64,000 nucleotides of DNA, from positions 2,592,001-2,656,000 of the forward strand of contig OY762897.2 in assembly GCA_963666515.2 (NCBI GenBank). The letters run 5' to 3'. Below are positions 56,069 to 64,000 of this stretch, one piece after another. The first letter of the stretch is position 1, and each line of letters starts with the position of its first letter. The notes beneath the pieces were generated by a model, which was not told the DNA's origin, searched no databases, and saw only the letters and a program-made list of their open reading frames with translations. The stretch comes from Candidatus Binatia bacterium. GTDB taxonomy: Bacteria; Desulfobacterota; Binatia; UBA9968; JAJDTQ01. Both the position numbers and the translations under genes were made by a program.

Positions 56069-57330
56069 CACTGCTGTCCCACAAAAATACGAACGGGGGA
56101 GGACCTGAAGAGCTCGCCTGTGTTATGATGGAATGATCCAAACCCCATCAACAGGGAGGTTCAGGTCCATGGCATACAATCATACCGTACTGGGGCAAAT
56201 ACTCAAGCTGGTGCCGAGACATGAATTTGAGAGGGAGGCGCGGGAGCACCACGAGGGGCGGCGGCTGCGGAAGATGACGCGGTGGGGGCAGTTCGTGGCG
56301 ATGGTGCTGGGGCAATTGGCGGGGCGGAGCAGTCTGCGGGACATCGTGGGGAACCTGGAGGTGCAAGCGGACAAGCAGTATCACCTTGGGGTGAAGGGGG
56401 TGAGCCGATCGTCGTTGGCGCGGGTGAACGAAAAGCAGCCGTATACGTTATACGAGGCGGTGTTCGGCAAGTTGCTGGGCCGCTGTCGGAGTCAGGCGCC
56501 GGGACACAAGTTTCGCTTCAAGAACAAGCTGTACTCACTGGATGCGAGCACCATCGACTTGTGTCCGTCGCTGTTTCCGTGGGCAAAGTTCCGTACCACC
56601 AAGGGAGCGGTGAAGGTGCACATGGGATTGGACCACGACGGTTATTTGCCGACCTTCGTCAACATCACCGACGGCAAGACTTCCGACATCCATGGAGCGC
56701 GGGCGCTGACCTTGCCCCAGGGCAGCATCCTGGTGGCGGACCGGGGCTACGTGGACTTCAGTTGGCTCAACCACCTGTATTCACAAGGGATTTTCCTGGT
56801 CACCCGCCTCAAAAGAGGCGCCTGCTACCGCGTCTGTGAAAGCCGGCCCGTCCGCCCCGAACAGGGCGTGATCTGCGATCAAACCATCGAACTCACTTCC
56901 AGCCACTCCAAGTATCCCCGCCCCCTCCGCCGCGTCGGCTACTACGACGCCGCCACCGGCCAGTTCTACGACTTCCTCACCAACCACTTCTCCCTGGCCC
57001 CCAAAACCATCGCCGACATCTACAAAGACCGCTGGCAAGTCGAACTCTTCTTCAAGTGGATCAAGCAGCACCTCAAAGTCAAAAGCTTCCTCGGAACCTC
57101 CCGCAACGCCGTCCTCACTCAGCTCTGGATCGCCCTCTGTGTCTATCTCCTCATCGCTTACATCAAGTTCCTCAATCGTATCTCCCTCTCCCTCTACCAC
57201 ATCCTCCGCCTCCTCCAACTCAACCTCTTCGACCGCCGCCCGCTCCTTTCCCTCCTCTACCCGCCGCCCCCGGCTCCCCCGCCACCCCAACTCCCCCTCC
57301 CGGGTACCTAAAGTTTGTGGGACAGCAGTG
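56069..57330 (+). mobile_element. IS4-family insertion sequence, complete
   Basis: 17-bp terminal inverted repeats cactgctgtcccacaaa / tttgtgggacagcagtg; 9-bp target duplication atcgtaata at 56060-56068 and 57331-57339. Confidence 0.97.
56169..57311 (+). CDS. IS4-family DDE transposase
   Basis: LDASTI, VADRGY and YKDRWQVELFFKWIKQ (YREK motif). Confidence 0.95.
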   Translation: MAYNHTVLGQILKLVPRHEFEREAREHHEGRRLRKMTRWGQFVAMVLGQLAGRSSLRDIVGNLEVQADKQYHLGVKGVSRSSLARVNEKQPYTLYEAVFGKLLGRCRSQAPGHKFRFKNKLYSLDASTIDLCPSLFPWAKFRTTKGAVKVHMGLDHDGYLPTFVNITDGKTSDIHGARALTLPQGSILVADRGYVDFSWLNHLYSQGIFLVTRLKRGACYRVCESRPVRPEQGVICDQTIELTSSHSKYPRPLRRVGYYDAATGQFYDFLTNHFSLAPKTIADIYKDRWQVELFFKWIKQHLKVKSFLGTSRNAVLTQLWIALCVYLLIAYIKFLNRISLSLYHILRLLQLNLFDRRPLLSLLYPPPPAPPPPQLPLPGT

Positions 57331-58882
57331 ATCGTAATAGGGTCGCACAAGACCTTCGTAGGCTGCGAGCACTTCCTGTGGTGGCACCGTGATAGGGACT
57401 AGACGGAACACCTTCTTGCTGATTTCGGCGAACGTCGAGCCTCCGGAAATGCTCTTGACGTATTCGAGGTTCTCGAAACTCCAGAAAAGGACATAGACGT
57501 TTGGCAGCCGTTTTCCGCAGACCATGGCTATGAAGCCTTGATTTATCGCCGTCGGCACCTCGGTTACAGCCAAGTAGCCGATCGGTGCCCTCGAGGATAA
57601 AAGCACCGTACCGACAGGCAATAGGCCAGAGGCAATCGTTCTGACACCAGCGTACGTGATCTTGCGATCCGTGGTTGTCAATACCGGAAAGAACAACTTG
57701 GAGAGATCTTTCGGCGTGGCCCAGCAATGTACACCTCCATCCCAATAATTCGGTTCCTTCGTGCTAGGTGTCGAGCCTCCTACAACATCCACCTCATCAC
57801 CAATCTTCGAAACTCTCCACCCGTCAGGCACCTCAGCCGCTTCAGACCATCGCATCCGGTCAGGGAAAAGCTCTGCAATCCGTCGAGGCAGACCCGTTTC
57901 ACGGCCTTCCATTTTTGCCCGGACAGGCTCGAAAGCGACGAACCACGACTTGAACAGCGCCCGTGCCATCGCCTCCAGCGTCTCGTTCATGCGCCGGTTC
58001 AACTCGATCTTGTCATCCAGGGTGCCGAGGATGTGGGCGACGGCTCTTTGTTCCTTCTTCGGTGGAACCACGAAGGGGCAGGATGACAGAATGGAAGTGT
58101 TGAGGTTCTGCATCGTTGCGCCGTGAGCATGGCGAACGATCCATTCACGGACCCTTGGATGTCCCAGAAAGTACGAAGCATATTTCGGATCAACGCCGTT
58201 TGGACCAAAGCGGACACGAAGGCAGCCCGTCCCACACAGCCAACCGTCTTCATTTGCGCGGATCAATGCACGTCGCTCAACGTCGCCTCTTCGGCTGTAG
58301 ACGATATCGCCCTGTTGCACCGAGTAGCGCTTCAGCCGGTTGGCGTCCTCTGGAGTGATGCGGGCGATCCCTTCTGTGTTGATCCAATTGTCGCCTATGT
58401 TTTGCGGCATGATGGATGGAATTCCGACGGGCACGTAGTCTGAAGCGTGCAGTTGGCTTCCAAAGGGTCCCGTCTGAATCTGGCCACCCCCTTGCTCGAC
58501 GGCTCTCCCGAGCGTGGTCTGTTGCCACCCATCGGGTAGAGAATCGAACAACTTTTCGGGCGCGATGTCCGAGTCATTCTTCGGCGCCACCACCACATAC
58601 CGCCGCTCAATCTCCCTTTGAAACCGCTTCGGCAGCCTTGCCCAGTCCCTGGCGTCCACTAAGAAAGGGATGTTGGACTCCTCAACCGCGTCGTCGAAGG
58701 CTCCCAGTTGATCGGCGGAGATATCCTTGAGGGCTGGGCCACGTAGGACCAAGTCGAGGTCGCTGCCATCGTGGCTTTGCCCATTTATTCGGCTGCCGTA
58801 GGCCCAGACCTCGACATCGGGAAGATGTTGCCGCAACAAGTCTTGGAGGATGTCGCGGTGCTTGGGCAAGAGGTGGAGTTGG

Positions 58883-59002
58883 TCAGTCATCATCAGCTCG
58901 GTAAAGGTCGTACCGGATATCCCCTTCCTCGTTGGCCGCGACAAAGGTCCGGCCGCTTTCCAGGGCTTCGATGCAACGTCGCAGGAATGTTGTGTCGATC
59001 AT
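58883..59002 (-). pseudogene. Internally deleted HEPN (HI0074-like) gene
   Basis: [39 protein letters not shown]; overlaps the hsdM stop and the MNT-hsdS start. Confidence 0.6.
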
Positions 59003-60645
59003 TGGTCTGGCTTGTCCTGCCAACCGAACCCCAGTGCCTTGAGGTTGGCGGCGATGGCGGCATCCAGCTTCGCCCCTTCTGCCTGCTGCTCCTTCAACTG
59101 CGCCACAAGCCGCTTCATCTTGTCCTCGAACGGCTCGCCGTCGTCCTCCTGCGCCTCGGCGCCGACGTATCGGCCGGGGGTCAGGACGTGGCCGTGTTTC
59201 CGCGCCTCGTCCACCACAGCACTCTTGCAGAAGCCGGGGACGTCAGCGTACTCCCCCGCTCCGTCCTCCCCACGCCAAGCGTGGTAGGTGCCGGCGATGC
59301 GGGCGATGTCCTCGTCGGTCAACTCACGATGGGTGCGGTCCACCATGCGGCCGAGCTTGCGCGCGTCGATGAACAGGACTTCGCCACGCCGGTCGCGAAA
59401 CTTCCCGCCGGCGCGATCACGGGCGAGGAACCACAGGCATGCGGGTATCTGTGTCGAGTAGAAGAGTTGGCCGGGGAGCGCGACCATGCAGTCCACCAGG
59501 TCGGCTTCGATCAGGCTCTTTCGGATCTGGCCCTCGCCCGACTGGTTGGACGACATGGAGCCGTTGGCGAGCACGAAGCCGGCGGCGCCGGTCGGTGACA
59601 GGTGATGGACGATGTGCTGCACCCAGGCGAAGTTGGCGTTGCCCTTGGGCGGGACCCCGTACTGCCAGCGCTTGTCGTCGGCGAGGCGGTCGCCGCCCCA
59701 GTCCGAGACGTTGAACGGCGGATTGGCGAGGATGAAGTCGGCCTTGAGGTCGGGATGGCGGTCGTTGTGGAAGCTGTCGCCGTGGGCGATCTGTCCCTCG
59801 ATGCCGCGGATGGCGAGGTTCATCTTGGCCAGCCGCCAAGTCGTGTAGTTCGATTCCTGGCCGTAGATCGAGATGTCGGCCTTGGCGCCTTGCAGCGTAT
59901 CCCCGCCCCCGGATCGGGGTCCTGGGCGGTTCCCGTTGCCGGTGGCGTGGGCCTGGATGAGCTCCACCGACTGCACGAACATGCCCGACGAGCCGCAGCA
60001 GGGATCGTAGACCCGGCCCTGATAGGGCTCCAGCATCTCGACCAGCAGCTTGACGACGCAGCGCGGGGTGTAGAACTCGCCGCCCTTCTTGCCCTCGGCG
60101 CTGGCGAACTGCGACAGGAAGTACTCGTAGACGCGGCCGAGCACGTCCTTGGAGCGGGCGTCTTCGTCGCCGACCTTGATGTTGCTGATCATGTCGATGA
60201 GCTGGCCGAGACGCTGCTTGTCGAGGGCGGGCCGGGCGTAGTCCTTGGGGAGCACGTCCTTGAGGCCGGGGTTGTCGCGTTCGATGCCGGTCATGGCGTC
60301 GTCCACCAGTTGGCCGATGGCGGATTGCCGCGCCTGCGCCTTGAGGTGGGTCCAGCGGGCCTCCGGCGGCACCCAGAAGATGTTGGCTGCGCGGTACTCG
60401 TCCGGGTCTTCCGGGTCGGCGCCTTGCGCCCGCTCGGCTTCCAGGCGGGCATGCATCTCCTCGAAGGCGTCCGAGATGTACTTGAGGAAGATGAGGCCGA
60501 GGACGACGTGCTTGTACTCAGCGGCGTCCATGCTCCCGCGCAGCGTGTCCGCCATGCGCCAAAGCTCGGCCTCGTGGCCGGTGGTGGCGCCGTTGCTGCC
60601 CGGTTTCGGCTTGGAGGCTGGTCCTCTTCTTCGCGCTCTCGCCAT
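58999..60645 (-). CDS. hsdM: Type I RM DNA methyltransferase subunit M
   Basis: [17 protein letters not shown] and NPPF motifs. Confidence 0.97.
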   Translation of the reverse strand: MARARRRGPASKPKPGSNGATTGHEAELWRMADTLRGSMDAAEYKHVVLGLIFLKYISDAFEEMHARLEAERAQGADPEDPDEYRAANIFWVPPEARWTHLKAQARQSAIGQLVDDAMTGIERDNPGLKDVLPKDYARPALDKQRLGQLIDMISNIKVGDEDARSKDVLGRVYEYFLSQFASAEGKKGGEFYTPRCVVKLLVEMLEPYQGRVYDPCCGSSGMFVQSVELIQAHATGNGNRPGPRSGGGDTLQGAKADISIYGQESNYTTWRLAKMNLAIRGIEGQIAHGDSFHNDRHPDLKADFILANPPFNVSDWGGDRLADDKRWQYGVPPKGNANFAWVQHIVHHLSPTGAAGFVLANGSMSSNQSGEGQIRKSLIEADLVDCMVALPGQLFYSTQIPACLWFLARDRAGGKFRDRRGEVLFIDARKLGRMVDRTHRELTDEDIARIAGTYHAWRGEDGAGEYADVPGFCKSAVVDEARKHGHVLTPGRYVGAEAQEDDGEPFEDKMKRLVAQLKEQQAEGAKLDAAIAANLKALGFGWQDKPDQ

Positions 60646-60695
60646 GGTCCTGTCTCCAAGTTAGCCGACTTGGTTCCGCTTGGCGCCTTGGGCGG

Positions 60696-61115
60696 TCACC
60701 GCGCTTCCCAAGGATTGACGAGTTCAACGCCGGCGCGTTGAAAATCAGCGATGTTGCGAGTGGCCACGGTGAGGTCGTGGGCCTTCGCCGTTCCCGCGAT
60801 GAGAGCGTCGCCGAGGTCCAGCGTATGTCCTGAGCGCTGGGCCAGGACCCGGAACCGGGCCGCCCACTCCGCCCCCGCCCGGTCCAGGGGCAGGATTCGA
60901 TCCCCGTATTCGGTGGTGAAGCGCAGCAGATCAGCCTCCAGGCCGGACCGCCGTCGTCCCTGTGCCAGCCGCCGCACACCGTATTCCAACTCGTGCACAA
61001 CGATCGAAGACAGCCATAGGTCGTCATGTTCCGCCAGAAAAGTCACCACACGTGCATCCGGAACGCGACGCATGGTCTCCGAGACCACGTTCGTATCCAG
61101 GAGATACCCGCTCAT
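60696..61115 (-). CDS. vapC: VapC PIN-domain toxin
   Basis: [18 protein letters not shown] and ATRNIADF motifs. Confidence 0.93.
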   Translation of the reverse strand: MSGYLLDTNVVSETMRRVPDARVVTFLAEHDDLWLSSIVVHELEYGVRRLAQGRRRSGLEADLLRFTTEYGDRILPLDRAGAEWAARFRVLAQRSGHTLDLGDALIAGTAKAHDLTVATRNIADFQRAGVELVNPWEAR

Positions 61116-61387
61116 TCGTCATCCTCGTCGCTGAACGGAACCTCCCGGGCGGAACGGCGGTCGGGAATTTCGAGATCTACCCCGCGCGGCATGTTCTCGA
61201 TCAGCCATCGGCCAAGGGGCTTGCGAGGATTGGCTTTGTTGTCCCATGCGTCTGCGGGCACGATGACGAACGACCGCCGGGCACCAATACGCTGCGGCCC
61301 TTCCGACTGGGCCAAGCGCAGGATCTCGGAGAGGTGCGCCTTCGCCTCAGCCACAGTCCAAACACGTTGCGGTCCGGTCCTTGCCAC
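61112..61387 (-). CDS. Phd/YefM antitoxin
   Basis: WTVAEAKAHLSEIL and GPQRI motifs; GGAGG before GTG 61387. Confidence 0.85.
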   Translation of the reverse strand: MARTGPQRVWTVAEAKAHLSEILRLAQSEGPQRIGARRSFVIVPADAWDNKANPRKPLGRWLIENMPRGVDLEIPDRRSAREVPFSDEDDE

Positions 61388-61542
61388 GAACAGGCCTCCT
61401 CCGATCAAGATGGCATAAACTAGTCCAGTATAGACCAGGTATCCGACTGCGGCAACGGAGCGCCAAGCTTCCAGGACCACCTCATTCGCCATGGTCCTGT
61501 CTCCAAGTTAGCCGACTTGGTTCCACTTGGCGATGGTTGCCG

Positions 61543-61950
61543 TTACGGAGTTTCCATACCGACGGTCCGCGCTGCCCGGTGGAGCGCGCGGTCCAGCGTC
61601 GCCAGCGGCAATTGCAGCCGCATGGCAAGTTCCAGATACATCGCGTCGTAGACGGATAGCTGGTGCGTTCGGGCCAATTCGAGGGAGGCGCCCCATGCCC
61701 GGGATGTCGTCACGGGGTCGATTTCAATGGGCAATGCCTCGAGGCTTGCGCGTATTTCCCGCCAGTCGTCTACACGGATCCGGTTCCGCCGCGTGGCGGC
61801 CAAGAGCACGTTGCCGACCTCCACGGGCCAAAGGGATGGGACGAATGCGCGGCTTTCCAAAAGCGAGTCTCGCAACTGATTGGTGGCTTCCGTCGCTTCG
61901 TCGGGGAAGACCCAGGCCATGGTGACGGAGCAATCGAGAACGAATGCCAT
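61543..61950 (-). CDS. vapC: VapC PIN-domain toxin
   Basis: FVLDCSV, EVGN, YDAMYLELA and LATLD motifs. Confidence 0.92.
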   Translation of the reverse strand: MAFVLDCSVTMAWVFPDEATEATNQLRDSLLESRAFVPSLWPVEVGNVLLAATRRNRIRVDDWREIRASLEALPIEIDPVTTSRAWGASLELARTHQLSVYDAMYLELAMRLQLPLATLDRALHRAARTVGMETP

Positions 61951-62192
61951 CAGTACTTGCGGCCTTCCTCGATCATCTCACGAATGGACAGACCTGCGAG
62001 ACTGTGACTCTCCTGAAACGCCTTCAGTCTGGCAATCGCCTCGCGCACCTTCCCCGCATCGTGGGGCTGAAAGGGAATCAACTCGGCGACGGGCCGGTTA
62101 TGTTTGGTGATGGTGAAGCGTTCTCCCGCCTGAACGCGCCGCAACAGACGGGGCAAGTGGGTTTTTGCTTCAAAGGCGCCGATTTCAGGCAT
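61950..62192 (-). CDS. Phd/YefM antitoxin
   Basis: IGAFEAKTHL and ITKHNRPVAEL motifs. Confidence 0.92.
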   Translation of the reverse strand: MPEIGAFEAKTHLPRLLRRVQAGERFTITKHNRPVAELIPFQPHDAGKVREAIARLKAFQESHSLAGLSIREMIEEGRKY

Positions 62193-62210
62193 GTGATGAA
62201 CCTCCCAAGT

Positions 62211-62235
62211 CAGATACTAGTCTGAGACTAGTCTG
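62211..62235. promoter_or_regulatory. Putative TA operator
   Basis: Two ACTAGT palindromes (cagatactagtctgagactagtctg) just upstream of phd; another ACTAGT lies near 61419, upstream of the other phd. Confidence 0.5.
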
Positions 62236-62319
62236 TTCCGACGTGAAGGTCAAGCACTCGTGGGCAGCCTCCTATGCGCAAGAATCAAGCCTATGCGCAA
62301 TTAAAGTTGCGTGTAGAGC

Positions 62320-62523
62320 CTATTTCTTGCGCGTAGAACCTATCTGCGCATAGCGGGTCCTCAAGGTCACGAGTTGTGATCTCAAGTCGTCAGGCAATGG
62401 CACGTTGGTGGGCTTGGCTTTCCGCGCTCGGACGGGCCTCCCCCACGCAGCATCGTCGTCCGCCTGCGCGACAACGAGTTCGTCTATTTCTCTCTCGGTT
62501 GGAGGTGTCGTCTTTTTTCTCAT
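62320..62523 (-). pseudogene. Probable truncated antitoxin-like gene
   Basis: MRKKTTPPTEREIDELVVAQADDDAAWGRPV..., after which resemblance to such antitoxins is lost. Confidence 0.4.
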
Positions 62524-62536
62524 TGTGGCCGGATGG

Positions 62537-62629
62537 TGGCGGAGGGGGCGAGATTCGAACTCGCGGTCCACTTGTTAGGCGGACGCCGATTTTCAAGACC
62601 GGTGCCTTAAACCGCTCGGCCACCCCTCC
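62537..62629 (-). tRNA. tRNA-Ser, anticodon TGA
   Basis: GGAGGGG acceptor stem, CCGGT-CTTGAAA-ATCGG anticodon arm, long variable arm, GTTCGAATC, G discriminator, encoded CCA. Confidence 0.96.
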
Positions 62630-62671
62630 GTATTCTGGAAGACCCGGGGCGCCCCGGTGCCGGAGGCGCTT

Positions 62672-63139
62672 CTAGGGATTTTGCCACTTGGTGAAGGGAT
62701 TTGCCACAAGGTTGGCGTTGTAGAAGCGGGAATCGTGGGTGACTTCCTTGCCGACCCACGGGGGCTTGGCGAGCGGGCGGTCTTCGCGGTCCAGCTCCAC
62801 CTCAGCGACGACGAGGCCCTGGTTGTCGCCCAGGAACTCGTCCACTTCCCAGACGAGGCCGTCGTGCTCCAGCCGGTGGCGGACCTTCTCGATGAGGGGC
62901 GGCTCGCAGAGCCGCAGCAGCTCGGCGGCTTCTTCGGGCGGGATGTCGTACTCGTATTCGGAGCGGGTGGCGCCGTGGGTGATTCCCTTGACGGCGATGG
63001 TGGCCTTGTCGCCCTCGATGCGGACGCGGACGGTGCGCTCGGGGTGCGTGCTCAGGTAGCCCTGGCGCAGGACGGTTCCCTCGGCCTTGCGCCAGTCGTC
63101 TCCGATGACCAGGAACTTACGCTCGACCTCAAGTGGCAT
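62672..63139 (-). CDS. CYTH domain protein
   Basis: EVERKFL (ExExK), QGYL, VRVR, EYEY and WEVDEF motifs. Confidence 0.93.
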   Translation of the reverse strand: MPLEVERKFLVIGDDWRKAEGTVLRQGYLSTHPERTVRVRIEGDKATIAVKGITHGATRSEYEYDIPPEEAAELLRLCEPPLIEKVRHRLEHDGLVWEVDEFLGDNQGLVVAEVELDREDRPLAKPPWVGKEVTHDSRFYNANLVANPFTKWQNP

Positions 63140-63472
63140 GGGGTCCTCGGCTACGGCAACGGCTCGTCAACGGTGCGGGCACGGGCGGGTTTGAAACCCG
63201 ATCGTACAACATACGTCCTACAAATCATGGACCGCCACTAATTGAAATAGGCAATGGATCTTCAGGATCTCGTGTGCGCAGGATATCTTTACTCACGCCA
63301 AGTCAAGGCACTACGCGCCTCCTCCGGTCCGTTTCGGTCCTTCGGGTGACTCGGTGTTCGCGTCGGCCGGGGAGCATCCAGAGCCGGAAGGAAACTGAAC
63401 CGCTCCGGGTTCATCGGAGAGCAAACTTTCCGTGCGGCCACTTTCCTGTGGCGTACCGCTTCCTTTTGGGAT

Positions 63473-64000
63473 CACTGCTGTCCCACAAACTTTAGGTACC
63501 CGGGAGGGGGAGTTGGGGTGGCGGGGGAGCCGGGGGCGGCGGGTAGAGGAGGGAAAGGAGCGGGCGGCGGTCGAAGAGGTTGAGTTGGAGGAGGCGGAGG
63601 ATGTGGTAGAGGGAGAGGGAGATACGATTGAGGAACTTGATGTAAGCGATGAGGAGATAGACACAGAGGGCGATCCAGAGCTGAGTGAGGACGGCGTTGC
63701 GGGAGGTTCCGAGGAAGCTTTTGACTTTGAGGTGCTGCTTGATCCACTTGAAGAAGAGTTCGACTTGCCAGCGGTCTTTGTAGATGTCGGCGATGGTTTT
63801 GGGGGCCAGGGAGAAGTGGTTGGTGAGGAAGTCGTAGAACTGGCCGGTGGCGGCGTCGTAGTAGCCGACGCGGCGGAGGGGGCGGGGATACTTGGAGTGG
63901 CTGGAAGTGAGTTCGATGGTTTGATCGCAGATCACGCCCTGTTCGGGGCGGACGGGCCGGCTTTCACAGACGCGGTAGCAGGCGCCTCTTTTGAGGCGGG
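63473..64000 (-). mobile_element. Second copy of the IS4 element (3' part, continues beyond window)
   Basis: Terminal repeat cactgctgtcccacaaa at 63473; transposase C-terminus identical to that of 56169-57311. Confidence 0.95.

Larger units (their letters stand above)
55934..58893 (-). pseudogene. hsdS: Type I RM specificity subunit with N-terminal nucleotidyltransferase (MNT) domain, interrupted by IS4
   Basis: YGSR...SDLDL MNT motif, two TRDs, LDDKIELNRRMNETLE; the frame resumes beyond the IS as RIVANVKESTHLVEARDRLLPKLLSG...* (stop at 55934). Confidence 0.9.
60639..61532. repeat. 47-bp direct repeat flanking a vapBC module
   Basis: tcgccatggtcctgtctccaagttagccgacttggttcc[g/a]cttggcg at 60639-60685 and 61486-61532, one mismatch. 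Confidence 0.9.

Noticed and set aside
62537-62629. Possible tRNA-Sec, given the selenium genes
   Set aside because: Anticodon is TGA (Ser), not TCA, and the acceptor stem is the normal 7 bp
63311-63472. 3' end of a gene interrupted by the second IS copy
   Set aside because: Plausible, but the rest lies outside the window and the peptide is unrecognisable

Overview
High-GC bacterial chromosomal window from a diderm (it carries a TonB-dependent receptor, RND and TRAP systems). 0-4.3 kb: secreted or surface proteins, including a peptidoglycan-binding protein and an alginate-lyase-family enzyme. 4.3-13.7 kb: RND efflux pair, then amidohydrolase, GH84 and the selenoneine genes senA-senB. 13.7-18.5 kb: LysW carrier-protein pathway (lysW-lysX-lysY-[Ntn hydrolase]-lysZ-lysJ) with no lysK. 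18.5-43.5 kb: catabolic genes, rnhA, ychF, a TA pair, TRAP, AmpG, a TonB-dependent receptor, a dual-specificity phosphatase and two ABC systems. 43.6-62.5 kb: a minus-strand defence/TA region downstream of tRNA-Ser(TGA), with a divergent AroA-like enzyme, doc TA, typA, two vapBC pairs and a type I RM system. Its MNT-fused hsdS is split by an IS4 element and five accessory genes lie between hsdS and hsdR. A second IS4 copy runs off the end. Best candidates for new biology: (1) a class II glutamine-amidotransferase-fold hydrolase that may replace LysK, (2) a GH84 GlcNAcase next to senAB, (3) an AroA paralogue with a remodelled acceptor site, (4) recurrent junction duplications and gene-tail relics suggesting integrase-free cassette stacking. 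All family calls come from motif recognition by eye; no database searches were run.
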